Source: Desulfatiglandales bacterium (GTDB lineage: Bacteria; Desulfobacterota; DSM-4660; Desulfatiglandales; Desulfatiglandaceae). From it: 64,000 bases of DNA. The position numbers and the translations under genes were made by a program. Location of the stretch: assembly GCA_963662465.1 (NCBI GenBank), contig OY759599.1:5536001-5600000 (forward strand), given 5' to 3'. The notes below the pieces were generated by a model that saw only the letters and a program-made list of their open reading frames with translations, ran no database searches and had not been told where the DNA came from. Position 1 is the stretch's first letter. Each line of letters begins with the position of its first letter. This document shows, piece by piece, positions 9,896 to 19,883 of the stretch.

Positions 9896-12800
9896 TTAAT
9901 TGACGGAAATCCGATTCCGCAGATCTTGTATGTCCACGGATACGAGTTTTGAAACGCCTTTGTGTTCCATTGTGATGCCGAAAAGACAATCGGTAATGGC
10001 CATGGTTTTTCGACTGTGGGTAACCATGATGATCTGAGACTCCCTTTTTATCTTGGTCAGGAGATCGTTGAATCGATCAATATTGGCTTCGTCCAGGGGG
10101 GCATCCACTTCGTCCAGGAGGCAAAAAGGACTCGGTTTTATCATATAAATGGCAAAAATAAGCGCCATTGCCACCAGAGCTTTTTCACCGCCCGAAAGGA
10201 GGCCCATATGGCTCAGTCGCTTTCCGGGCGGTTGCACTTCCACCAGCACCCCGCTTTCCAGGGGTTTGTCTTTGTCCGTCAGCGTAAGTCCGGCCGTGCC
10301 GCCGCTGAAGAGGATGGGGAAGATCTCTTTGAGTTTTTGGTCCACCTCATGAAAAGTTTTGTTAAATTTTTCAAGGGACGTTCGGTTGATTTTTTTGATG
10401 GCGGCCCTTAAGGATTCTATGGCGTTCACCAGGTCTTGACGTTGTCCCAGGATAAAATCATGGCGATCCTTGAGCGCCTCATATTCCTTGATGGCCGTCA
10501 GGTTCACTTCTCCCATATTTTTCCGCACTTGTTTTTGTTTTTCAATGTTTTCCCTGGCGATCCGTTCGTCGAAATCATTGTACACGAACTGCTGATAAAT
10601 TTCCGTCATATCAAGGCCAAAATTTTCCTTGACCTTTTCCAGTAAACCGTTGATTTTGAAACGGATTTCCGACTGAGCCATTTGACTCCGGTTGATCTCT
10701 TCAGTGAGGCGATCCATATGGGCCTTCAGTTCCGCGGCCTTCTGTTCTTTTTCCCTGATGGCCTCCCTGAAGGCACGGTGATCCAGGTCCGCCCGGTTCA
10801 TGCCCGCTTCCGCCTGTTGCAATTGTTCATAGAGGTCTCGCAGGGCTTCTTTAAAGGCATTTTTTTTCTCGCTGCACGCTTGTTGCCGGCTTTCCCCGGC
10901 GCTCGTATCCTTCAAAATGGTCTCCAGCCTTTCCAGAGAATCGTCCAGATAGTTGTCGACCATGTCCATCTCACGGGATACGCCCCGTTGAGACTCCGCA
11001 CGGAGACGGCAATCCGCCTTGAGCTTTGAGGCTTTTTCACGGGAAAGCTCAAATTCCGCTTCCGCTTCTTTTAATTCCCGTTCTTTCCGTTCAAAATAGG
11101 CGGCTTCCCGCGCCTGTTTTTCCCGGCTTTCATGGAGTGCCGACTGTAGCTTTTCTAATTTTTCCCGCTGCTTGCTCTGATTCATCTCCTTTTGTTTGAG
11201 ATCATCCCGGATTTTCCGGGCAAGGTTTTCTGATTGGTCCAGTTCCTGGCCCAAACGAAACAGTATTTTATCAACATCGTTGATTTCATCCCGGCAGGAC
11301 CATTTTTCATCGGTCAACCGATGAACAGCGCCTTGATTTTCCTCCATTTCAGCTAAAATGTCTTCCAGTTGGAACCTCAGATCTTCAACCTTTCTTTTGT
11401 GTACGGCAACATCTTTTTTGAGCTCGACAATTTCCCTTTTTCTGGCCAAAAGACCCCTGGCGGTATGGGAAAGCCGGCCCCCCGTGATAATGCCCCGTCG
11501 ATCCACGACATCCCCGTCAGGGGTAACAAAACAGCGTGCGCTGCCATGTTTCCCGAAGGCGGCCAAAGCCGTTGGGATATCCTCGACCACGGCAGTGTTG
11601 TGCAACATGTCGTTTAGGAGCGGTGCGATTTCCTTTGATGTGGCAACAAAATTAAGCAGGGGCAAAAAATTTGCATCAATTTTGATGTTTTTTTCGGCAT
11701 ACAAGCGGTCGCCGATGGGGGCAAAACTGCCGATGCCCCTTGATTTCTCCTTGAGATACTGAACCGCGGCCGCAGCGTCGTCCGTTGTCATCATGACCAC
11801 ATATTGAAGCTTATCGGCCAGAACCGCTTCAACGGCCTTTTCATAGTGGGGATCCACCTGGATGAGATCCGCCAGAATACCCAGAACCCGACCCTGATTG
11901 CCCGGTGGAAAATCCCTGGCCTTCATGATGGTTCTGACCCCCGCTTTGTACCCTTCAAAATTTTCCGTGAGTCCTTCCAGGCTCGCCAGTCGGGACCGGC
12001 ACATGTTCAAATCAGCTTCAGCTGATGTCGCCTCGGCTTCAACACGTTTCTTGATGCTCGCCAGTTCACCCGCCTTTATTCCCGTTTCTTCAATAACGCT
12101 TTCTATCGCCAGAAGCTTGAGAGCGACAGCCTCCCGGACCTGGTTCTTTCTTTCGGAGGTTTTGAGAAGGGTTTCAAATCGCCGGGTGGTTTCCATCAGT
12201 TCATTTTCCAGCCGGGATCGACTGTCCGAAATCTGCGCCAATGCCTTGTTGAGATATCCCGTTTCATGACCCAGGCCGACCACCTGGGCTTCACTCGCGC
12301 TCATGTTTTTTCTTGCCTTTTCAAAATCCTCCCGAATTTCCTTGAACAGTCTTTTTCGCGTTTTGAGGCGTTCCTCCTCAAGGCGGGCTTCCGCCTCGAG
12401 GTCATCGGCTTCTCCTTGTAATTTAACCCTTTCCCGTTCCAGCTGATCCTTTTTGTTCTCCAGCGCCAAAACCCTGGTTTTGATTTCCCGTTGTTCTATT
12501 TCAAGGCGGGATCTTAATTGGGCAAGTGTTTTAATCTCCCCTTCGAGGGATTCCATGCCCGCCTCCATTTTTCCAACCCGGTCTCTACAGTCGGCATAGT
12601 CCTTGCGGCGGGCAAAGAGCGCTGCTTCCTTTTCCACGAGTTCCAGGTTCATGGCGGCAATCCCGGCCTCATGCCCGGACAGGGTTGCGGTCAAGTTGTT
12701 CTTTTCTGTTACAAAAGTGTCGGTGGAACGCATTTTCCCGTTGGCGTCCGCACGGAGACCGTCATAAATATTTCCGAAAAACCCCAATTCCAGATCTTGA

Positions 12801-13474
12801 ATTTTGCGGCTGAGGGCCTTGTATCGTTCGGCCCTGGCGGCCTGTCTTTTAAGGGATCGAATCTGCTTTTCGATTTCGCTCAAAATGTCGTTGACCCGTT
12901 GCAGATTGGTTTCGGTCAGTTCGATTTTTTTTTGGGATACCACCACTTTTTTTCGATATTTGGTAATCCCGGCAGCCTCCTCCAGCATGATGCGGGTTTC
13001 TTCGGGCCGCTGTTCAACGATGTTGCCGATCTGGCCCTGGCCGATAATGGAATAGGCTTTGTTTCCCAGGCCCGTATCCATGAAGACCTCCTGGATGTCC
13101 TTGAGCCTGCAGGAAATATTGTTGAGCAGGTATTCGCTTTCGCCGGATCGGTAAAGACGTCGGGTGATGGATAATTCCGAATGACCCGCAAATGCGGTTG
13201 GGATGTCGCCGGTTCCATTTTCGAAGAGGAGCGAGACTTCCGCCATTCCAAGGGGTTTGCTGTTGCCCGCGCCGTTGAAAATGACATCTTCCATTTTACG
13301 CCCCCGCAGTTGTTTCGGGCTCTGTTCCCCCATGCACCATCGAATGGCGTCAACCACATTGCTCTTGCCGCAGCCATTGGGGCCCACGACCCCACTGATG
13401 CCGGTTGGAAAGGTAATTTCCAGCCTTTCCAGAAAGGACTTGAAGCCGTGTATGGATATTTGCTTAATTCTCAT
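9896..13474 (-). CDS. smc: Chromosome segregation protein SMC
   Basis: GFKSF, GPNGCGKSN, long coiled coils with hinge, LSGGEK, LDEVDAPLD; start MRIKQI at 13474 has a GGAGG RBS. Confidence 0.97.
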   Translation of the reverse strand: MRIKQISIHGFKSFLERLEITFPTGISGVVGPNGCGKSNVVDAIRWCMGEQSPKQLRGRKMEDVIFNGAGNSKPLGMAEVSLLFENGTGDIPTAFAGHSELSITRRLYRSGESEYLLNNISCRLKDIQEVFMDTGLGNKAYSIIGQGQIGNIVEQRPEETRIMLEEAAGITKYRKKVVVSQKKIELTETNLQRVNDILSEIEKQIRSLKRQAARAERYKALSRKIQDLELGFFGNIYDGLRADANGKMRSTDTFVTEKNNLTATLSGHEAGIAAMNLELVEKEAALFARRKDYADCRDRVGKMEAGMESLEGEIKTLAQLRSRLEIEQREIKTRVLALENKKDQLERERVKLQGEADDLEAEARLEEERLKTRKRLFKEIREDFEKARKNMSASEAQVVGLGHETGYLNKALAQISDSRSRLENELMETTRRFETLLKTSERKNQVREAVALKLLAIESVIEETGIKAGELASIKKRVEAEATSAEADLNMCRSRLASLEGLTENFEGYKAGVRTIMKARDFPPGNQGRVLGILADLIQVDPHYEKAVEAVLADKLQYVVMMTTDDAAAAVQYLKEKSRGIGSFAPIGDRLYAEKNIKIDANFLPLLNFVATSKEIAPLLNDMLHNTAVVEDIPTALAAFGKHGSARCFVTPDGDVVDRRGIITGGRLSHTARGLLARKREIVELKKDVAVHKRKVEDLRFQLEDILAEMEENQGAVHRLTDEKWSCRDEINDVDKILFRLGQELDQSENLARKIRDDLKQKEMNQSKQREKLEKLQSALHESREKQAREAAYFERKERELKEAEAEFELSREKASKLKADCRLRAESQRGVSREMDMVDNYLDDSLERLETILKDTSAGESRQQACSEKKNAFKEALRDLYEQLQQAEAGMNRADLDHRAFREAIREKEQKAAELKAHMDRLTEEINRSQMAQSEIRFKINGLLEKVKENFGLDMTEIYQQFVYNDFDERIARENIEKQKQVRKNMGEVNLTAIKEYEALKDRHDFILGQRQDLVNAIESLRAAIKKINRTSLEKFNKTFHEVDQKLKEIFPILFSGGTAGLTLTDKDKPLESGVLVEVQPPGKRLSHMGLLSGGEKALVAMALIFAIYMIKPSPFCLLDEVDAPLDEANIDRFNDLLTKIKRESQIIMVTHSRKTMAITDCLFGITMEHKGVSKLVSVDIQDLRNRISVN

Positions 13475-13580
13475 CCCGACCTCCGCCATTCGGGTTTCCG
13501 AACCTTTTGGATGAGCGATTGGGGCCAAACGGCGATCAAAACGATTTCTACCATAATTTTAGGGGGTTGTAAATAAGAAA

Positions 13581-13625
13581 TACAATATCATGTGATGTAA
13601 AATTTTGAAATGTCAAGATATAGTG
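13581..13625. promoter_or_regulatory. Tandem NrdR-box-like sites in the smc/nitroreductase divergent region
   Basis: TACAATATCATGTG (13581) and GTCAAGATATAGTG (13612), starts 31 bp apart, resembling the NrdR consensus caCwAtATatwGtg. Confidence 0.5.
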
Positions 13626-13713
13626 CAGTTTTCCGTTTTTTGGAATGATGTTGACAACCTCTCCGTAAAATCTCTATTATCGGATGCCGGTATATTGAGG
13701 AGGAATAAAATTT

Positions 13714-14364
13714 ATGGAAATGATTAAAGCGATCAAAGAAAGACGAAGCACCCGCGCCTTCCTGGATCAAGCCGTGGATCAAGAGACCCTGGCATCGCTC
13801 ATTGATCTGGCCACGCAGGCGCCTTCGGCCATTAACCTTCAACCCTGGGAGTTGACGGTCGTGTCTGGAAAAGAGAGACAGCGATTGAGCCGGGTTCTGG
13901 TCAAGCGGATGAAGGAAAGAAACATCTCCTGTGGCCCGGGGGCAAAGAACCCGCTCTCCGACACCTTTATGGACAGGCAGCGGGGACTGTTGAACACCCT
14001 GATGCCCAATCTTCCTGAAAACACGGTGTTTCAGGATTTCATCAATGAGGGAAGTTGTAATTTTTACGGTGCTCCCACGGCCCTGATCATCAGCATCGAC
14101 CAGGTGTTTTCCAGCGCCCGGCTTACGGACATCGGCGTGCTGGTGGGCTATCTGGTTCTGGCCGCCCATGGCCTGGGGTTAGCGACCTGTCCCATCGGCC
14201 TGATTACGGCATTTGATGAGGACATCAAGGAGGAATTGAGCCTTTCGGACGAAAAACAAGTGGTTATCGGCGTTGCCGTGGGATATGCTGATCCTGAGGC
14301 GCCCATCAATCGCGGGCGGTCTGAAAGGGCGCCCCTTGGGGATGTTGTGAAGTGGCGGCAATAA
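13714..14364 (+). CDS. Nitroreductase family protein
   Basis: RRSTRAF, APSAINLQPW, GLATCPIG motifs. Confidence 0.92.
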   Translation: MEMIKAIKERRSTRAFLDQAVDQETLASLIDLATQAPSAINLQPWELTVVSGKERQRLSRVLVKRMKERNISCGPGAKNPLSDTFMDRQRGLLNTLMPNLPENTVFQDFINEGSCNFYGAPTALIISIDQVFSSARLTDIGVLVGYLVLAAHGLGLATCPIGLITAFDEDIKEELSLSDEKQVVIGVAVGYADPEAPINRGRSERAPLGDVVKWRQ

Positions 14365-15227
14365 ACCCGGACATTTCCCCATCCGAAAACACTTACGGCC
14401 GGGTGGGCGTGGCCTTTTCCTCGGGGTTTTTCGGTTTTTTTGCTCATGCGGGGTTCCTGGCGGCTCTTCGGGAGATGGGAATTGCGCCCGCGGCCTATGC
14501 GGGCGCCAGTTCCGGCGCCATCGTAGCGGCCATGGCCGCATCGGGAATGAGCAATGACGGCATCCGGAACCTTCTGTTCAACCTCCACAAGACCGATTTC
14601 TGGGATCCCGATCCCCTGCCCAGGGTACTGAAGAGCGCCTTGCGACTGTTCCGGGGAACTACCGGGTATCTCAAGGGGATGGGTTTTGCGCGCTTGCTTC
14701 AAAGACTCCCGGCAAAACGATTCGAGGAATGCCTGTACCCCTTGGCCATTTCAGCCGTGGATGTCACCCACAGGAAAGAAAAGATCTTTACCAAAGGCGA
14801 TCTCATCAAGGCCATTCAGGCTTCGGGATCAGTCCCCATGCTTTTCCAGGCCACGGAAATTGATGGTGCGCTCTATGTGGATGGGGGCATCAGCAGCAAG
14901 GCGCCGGTGGAAGCCCTGGCCGACCTCTGTGAGCTGGATAGAATCCTGGTCCATTTTGTTACCTCGGAAAACATCAAGAAGAAGGGCAACGGTTTCATGA
15001 AAAAACGGTTTACCCCCTGGCGAATGCAGCACATCGCCATCAATACCGCCCGCATGGCGGATTATGAACGGCAGAAACGGATCGTGACATTACGAGGCGT
15101 GGAGGTCATCGAAATCAACACTGGCGGACCCGCCATGGGGCCCAACAGTCTCAGTGCGGGGCAGGCTGTATACGAAGCCGCAAAAATCTCGGGTTTAAAG
15201 CATCTGGAGAAGGTGTTCTCTAAATAA
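14352..15227 (+). CDS. Patatin-like phospholipase
   Basis: GASSG nucleophile elbow and DGG motif. Confidence 0.88.
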   Translation: MAAINPDISPSENTYGRVGVAFSSGFFGFFAHAGFLAALREMGIAPAAYAGASSGAIVAAMAASGMSNDGIRNLLFNLHKTDFWDPDPLPRVLKSALRLFRGTTGYLKGMGFARLLQRLPAKRFEECLYPLAISAVDVTHRKEKIFTKGDLIKAIQASGSVPMLFQATEIDGALYVDGGISSKAPVEALADLCELDRILVHFVTSENIKKKGNGFMKKRFTPWRMQHIAINTARMADYERQKRIVTLRGVEVIEINTGGPAMGPNSLSAGQAVYEAAKISGLKHLEKVFSK

Positions 15228-15600
15228 CAGGACAACCTGATGAATTCGCCCCCACTCAAGCAAGCTTATGATTTTTCGCGCTCTCCTGATTGACCGGTTT
15301 AGAAATCGAAAGATCAATTCTACCAAGAGGTGGGCGTAGTAAGGCATTTTGCAACACATCTTCTAGGGGAAAAGGCGCCTGGAAAATTGCTGGGGCAAAC
15401 TTCCGACTTTTGGGAAGAGGTGAGTTTGAGAGCAGCGCTGGATGGCGTTCCTTCGCTTCAAGGGGTTGGAACATCCGGCGCTGATCGTTACTGATCTTCG
15501 ACTGCTCTCGAATCTATACGAAAAGCGGATGCATATTGCAGTATCCCGTGCATTGAGCCTCCTTCGAATTGTGGGTGTAGAAAGCGAGATTCGAAAAGAC
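15224..15600 (+). pseudogene. Four collinear fragments of a NERD-helicase paralogue of 59161-60801
   Basis: DNA matches: 15224-15243 to about 59295-59315; 15240-15327 to about 59424-59510; 15328-15445 to about 59980-60097; 15446-15600 to about 60622-60778. Confidence 0.9.
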
Positions 15601-15712
15601 AGAATCCCTAATAGCACATTTACAAGAGCCAGATCCAAAATGACATATCTGGGCCTCATAACCAAGTATGGGGGATATTGGATGTTCTCAACAGGATTCG
15701 CAAGCTCAATGA

Positions 15713-15829
15713 AAAGCGTTCGATAGCGAAGTGTTGCAGGAGTTCATTGAAAGGGCGCGAGGATTCTCTGGCCATATTGCGAAGCCGCTCATGTACCGAT
15801 ATGGAGATATTTTTGATTTTTCCGGCCAT
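15713..15829 (-). pseudogene. Truncated AbiEii-type nucleotidyltransferase toxin N-terminus
   Basis: MAGKIKNISISVHERLRNMARESSRPFNELLQHFAIERF starts at the AbiEi stop, then breaks off. Confidence 0.7.
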
Positions 15830-16455
15830 CATAGAATCGCTTCGAGATAGGGGCGGATAATTTTCTTGACCCTGCAGATCGATGCGTAGTGCATGAGGTC
15901 ATCTACTTTAAGGGGCATTCGCTCTCGATAAAAACGAACCGCTTCCACAGCCGTATCGAGACCGATCCTGTTACGGAACTTGAAACAGTCGGCAAGCGTT
16001 TTTTCAGGGTTGTAGATGCGAACCTTCACACCATCCAATTCATGAATTTCAATGCCTTCCGTGAAAGCCTCGCCGCTGAACCTGTAGGTCTTGATCGGCG
16101 GATGCTCCAGACGAGGTTCCTCAGTGCCACGAAGCAAAGCCACATGAATTTCGTGGGGAATCTGGGTGGTGAGTTCATGAAATGACAGTGCCGAAATCAG
16201 GCAGACAACACCCAGGGGGATTCGCGTCGCAACCGTCACCAAATCAGGATTTCCCAACGGATCGATATCCGCGAGGCGATACACCCCCCGGCTGACCATT
16301 TCGAGTCTTCCCTCATCCCGCATGGCATAAAGCGTACTCGGATGGATTCCCGAACGAAGCGCTTGTGATGTACGGAGGATTCCACCACATTCCTTGAAAG
16401 CAGCGGCTGCCCTATCGAATCGGGAGCCCAGTTTGGCGTTTTTCCGGATTTTCAC
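15829..16455 (-). CDS. Type IV TA antitoxin, AbiEi family transcriptional regulator
   Basis: N-terminal HTH (LEMVSRGVYRL), CLISALSFHELTTQIP, YNPEKTLADCFKFRNRIG. Confidence 0.88.
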   Translation of the reverse strand: MKIRKNAKLGSRFDRAAAAFKECGGILRTSQALRSGIHPSTLYAMRDEGRLEMVSRGVYRLADIDPLGNPDLVTVATRIPLGVVCLISALSFHELTTQIPHEIHVALLRGTEEPRLEHPPIKTYRFSGEAFTEGIEIHELDGVKVRIYNPEKTLADCFKFRNRIGLDTAVEAVRFYRERMPLKVDDLMHYASICRVKKIIRPYLEAIL

Positions 16456-16499
16456 GATATATATACCATCATTTATTGTTTTATGTTGGTATCTTTATC
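16456..16499. promoter_or_regulatory. Imperfect inverted repeat upstream of abiEi (likely autoregulatory operator)
   Basis: GATATATATACCATCAT (16456-16472) versus ATGTTGGTATCTTTATC (16483-16499), 14/17 complementary. Confidence 0.55.
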
Positions 16500-16600
16500 A
16501 AAATTGGTCTGTTTGTCAAGCGTGAAACAGGACTGAATCCTGAAATGGATCAAAGGTCTGAGTGAAAAAACAATCAGATTTTTCAAAAATATTTTTCACC

Positions 16601-16634
16601 TGTGACCGTATCTGTCAAAACCCCCTGTTAATAT
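16601..16634 (+). promoter_or_regulatory. WYL-box promoter copy 1
   Basis: TGTGAC-CGTATCT-GTCAAA, then TGt-TAATAT at 16629-16634. Confidence 0.75.
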
Positions 16635-16695
16635 ACCTGCCGGAAGAAGGTTTTTCACCGGCTGAATTATCCCGAACAGCAGGAATCTCACGAAG

Positions 16696-17343
16696 TATGA
16701 CAGTCCCCAATTCCATAGCAAAGAAAGAATGATGTCATCCAATCTTCGCGCCATGAAATCCGAACAGGTCAATTATTCCATCAGATCTTCGGGGGAATTC
16801 CGATCTGACCAGAGCGCTATATGGGATGGCATCGCTGAAAAAGCGACCAGGATGAGCGCTTCGTCTCCCACCGGCGCCATGGCGGCCATTTATGACAAAG
16901 AGAGACCTTCCATAGACGAGTATGTTCAACCATTCCACCTGATCGACTCTCAGATCGGTGCTGTTTTCATGATAAACGGCAAGGTTGCCGGTACGGATGC
17001 CTTCGGTAAACCGGGAACCTTTTCAAAGGTTTTCAAGAAGCTCCTTGAAAGCTACGCTCTCGATGCCATCGACTGGTATGATCCGCACCAGGAACAAAAA
17101 GCACTCAAAAGTGAAGTCACCAAATTCCAGAAAGCGGTACTTGCATCCCATGTTGAAAGTGGCCCGTCTGTTGGGCTAGGCGTTGACTTTCAGCTTGAAT
17201 CAAAGAAGGTCACCGGTTTCGCATTGGCACTTGCTGATCAGGTTTTACATATCTCCATTTTCGAAAGGACGAATGAAGGAAGAGGAAAAAATCAGGAATC
17301 TCGAATGAGACGTTTTTCGGACAGACGAAGAAACAGGGTATGA
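16696..17343 (+). pseudogene. 5'-deleted ARPP-1 (DUF6569) paralogue
   Basis: Homologous to 21642-22292. The 452 bp equivalent to 21193-21644 (RBS and N-terminal third) is missing, joined at a TAT microhomology. Confidence 0.88.
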
Positions 17344-17592
17344 GGAGATGCTTCCTCGTCAACCGCTTCGCTTTCTTTTGGCCGATGACCCGGGTGCCGG
17401 CAAAACCATCATGGCGGGGCTCTTGATCAAGGAGCTCATGGTTAGAGGTGATTTGGCCCGCTGTCTGATTGTATGTCCCGGAAACTTAGCCGAGCAATGG
17501 CAGGATGAACTCTACCGCCGTCTGCAACTCCGATTCAAAATCCTTACAAAAGATATGCTGGAAACCTCGGTTACGGGGAACGCTTTTCAGGA
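17342..17592 (+). pseudogene. SNF2-family helicase fragment (DUF499/DUF1156-operon type)
   Basis: [30 protein letters not shown]...[16 protein letters not shown]; motifs I/Ia only. Confidence 0.85.
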
Positions 17593-17925
17593 AACTTACT
17601 TGGGCTTTCCACACAGATGCCCATGAAGATTGTTTATCTCACCGATGGTCGATCCCGTACGGTGGAAATTGGAAAAAAGCAGATCATCCTGAAGCAGACC
17701 ACGCCGCGAAATATGGCAACGGCAGGCAAAATAAGCGGATTGCTTATTCAAGCCCTGAGACATTTGGGGCGACCCCATGTGGATGACGAGATTATTGCAC
17801 GGCTCAATCGACGGCTGAATGATGATGACAGAGAGCAGTTGCTGAAAGATGTCCGCTTTGCACCCGCCTGGATCGCTGACATCATGCGGCAGCTGGGCAA
17901 GGAAAAAGGAAACGAAACAGCGTGA
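17593..17925 (+). pseudogene. DUF6088/AbiEi-like antitoxin C-terminal fragment
   Basis: [22 protein letters not shown]...LIQALRHLG; no N-terminus. Confidence 0.75.
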
Positions 17926-18552
17926 ACAAATTTTTGTCTTTCTCCGAGGCGCGTAGGCGAACCGTCTGCGAGCAGGCCCAGAACAAACTTGGCCTGCCGC
18001 CGGCAACCATTGAAAAAGACTTCTGGGTCTGTTGGACGTTGAAAAAGTTGTTCACATTGCCGGAATGGGGTTCCAGACTCACGTTCAAGGGTGGAACTTC
18101 CCTTTCAAAAGGATGGGCACTGACTGTTTCCGCAATCACACATTACCATAAGAACGGTATCTCCCCATCGCACCTTTTGGGAAAAAGCCCTGTTGCTTCA
18201 TGAAGAGACTTTTCGACCACCGGAGAAGAAAAGAAAAGCGCGGATGGCGAGGCATTATTATGACTTATACCGTCTGATTAAAGCCGGCATCGGTGGTGAA
18301 GCCGCTGATGATCTCGAACTTTTTGAGCGGATTACCGCCCATCGCCAAGTCTATTTTCGCTTTATCTGGGTAGATTACAAAACCATGCACCCGGGTGATT
18401 TGAGGCTTGTACCGCCAGAAAAGGAGTTCGCACTCTGGAAATCGGATTATACGGCAATGAAAGACGAGATGCTTTTTGGAAAGCCGCCCGAATTTGAGGA
18501 GATGATTCAAACTGTCAAGGATTTTCAGGACGAGTTCAACGATATCATTTGA
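17922..18552 (+). pseudogene. AbiEii nucleotidyltransferase with central deletion
   Basis: N-part IEKDFWVCWTL...FKGGTSLSKGW, then in another frame SPHRTFWEKALLLHEE...RHYYDLY; the catalytic RxSEDxD region is absent. Confidence 0.85.
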
Positions 18553-18560
18553 TTGCTATC

Positions 18561-18785
18561 GACTTCCATTATGAACAAATGATTTTGGGACTTATAGAGG
18601 AATTTGGGCATGTGAAGCGGAAAGATGTGGATTAATTGCTGCTGGATAAACTGCCTGATGTGGTTACCCCGAAACAGAAAGTTAACAAAATCGGAAACTT
18701 GTTAGGCAAGCTCAGGGAAAGCGGAGCAATTGTCAACTCAGGAAGTCGGACAGCGCCGTTTTGGGAAATGGCTAAGAAAGGGTAG
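18561..18785 (+). pseudogene. C-terminal HTH remnant of an AlbA/RecG-C-type ATP-binding regulator
   Basis: DFHYEQMILGLIEEFGHVKRKDVD*LLLDKLPDVVTPKQKVNKIGNLLGKLRESGAIVNSGSRTAPFW, with one internal TAA. Confidence 0.6.
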
Positions 18786-18789
18786 AATT

Positions 18790-18839
18790 TTTAAGAAAGA
18801 TTTAAGAAAGATTTAAGAAAGGTTTAAGAAAGGTTTAAG
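18790..18839. repeat. 11-bp tandem repeat TTTAAGAAAGR x4.5
   Basis: Units start at 18790, 18801, 18812, 18823 and (partial) 18834; no spacers. Confidence 0.9.
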
Positions 18840-18849
18840 TTTGAGAATG

Positions 18850-19120
18850 TATGAAACATCCAACCGCCTGATCAGTAATGAAATCCAGAGGGGGCCATGT
18901 AGCAGCCGACCTGGCGGCCAGGCTGGGTAACAAAGTCGAGACTGCCCGTGAACTTTGTTACCGCTTCCACACCCTCTGCAAGCGCAAGAAGCGTGCGGCC
19001 GAGGCCCTTTTATATAACGGTCTGTTACAGAGCTGGCCGGAGATTGTGTGGCTGGCAGGGGAGCTCAAGGATGTGGGGATGAAGCAGGGGACCTGTTTGA
19101 AAATTAGTAGCAATGGGTAA
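18850..19120 (+). pseudogene. DUF1156 DNA methylase C-terminal fragment
   Basis: AADLAARLG...ARELCYRFHTLCKRKKRAAEALLYNGLLQSWPEI resembles the DUF1156 tail (LAYRLYxxCERK...AxxYNxLxxxWPxI). Confidence 0.7.
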
Positions 19121-19206
19121 TGCTTAGCGAAACCCGACCAAATATATTTCCTTTTCTAAATAAATGAGTGCAAAAACCACTCAATTGCATGGTATAATCA
19201 CGCAAA

Positions 19207-19550
19207 ATGGACACATTAAGTGAAATATTGTCTTCCCGTTCACGGGCTGCGATCTTCAAACTCCTTTTCAGTGGTACGGAAAGGGAGCTTCACATTCGCG
19301 AGATTCAACGTCGCTCCAGTCTAAATGACAGCACCATCCGGCAGGAGCTGAAAAAACTCGTCCGGTTGGATCTGGTTAAAGGGAGAAAAGACAGCAATCG
19401 GATTTATTATCGGGCCAACAGGGATCATCCTCTCTATCCGGATATTAGAAATCTGGCGGTCAAAACAAGCGGGATCGCCCACGTTCTGCGAAATGCGATG
19501 GTGGATAGACGGGTCCATGCGGCATTTGTGTTTGGGTCCATCGCCACCGG
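19207..19550 (+). pseudogene. wHTH + minimal nucleotidyltransferase antitoxin, truncated
   Basis: ArsR-like HTH followed by [11 protein letters not shown], broken before the SDxD motif; upstream inverted repeat TGAGTG...CACTCA (19164-19183). Confidence 0.75.
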
Positions 19551-19856
19551 TGGGCGCACCAGCAGACATTTTCCAGTGACGACGCCGACCGGTCGCTGGA
19601 CTCCATGATGCGTCTACTTTCTGCTGTTTCCGCACCCCAGGCAGACGAGATAGGGAAGATGAAGCAGGAACTCAGGCGCTTGATTTTCGACGAGCAGATG
19701 CGCCATGAGAAACGAAAAACCGCTGTAACCGCCATTGAAAGCTCTGCCACGGGCCATCTTAAACCCTGGCGCGAGGTGGTCACCCCGCACAAGGATGTGG
19801 CCAGCGGCCGTTATCAGCGGGCCGAGTTCGCGGCCGACCTCTGGCAGGTACATCTT
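19548..19856 (+). pseudogene. Swt1-HEPN/DUF499 AAA ATPase internal fragment
   Basis: [20 protein letters not shown]...[31 protein letters not shown]. Confidence 0.85.
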
Positions 19857-19883
19857 TTGATATTGGGCAGATGTAATTTATTG

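Noticed and set aside
18790..18839. Short repeats as a CRISPR array
   Set aside because: 11-bp head-to-tail units with no spacers and no cas genes; a simple tandem repeat.
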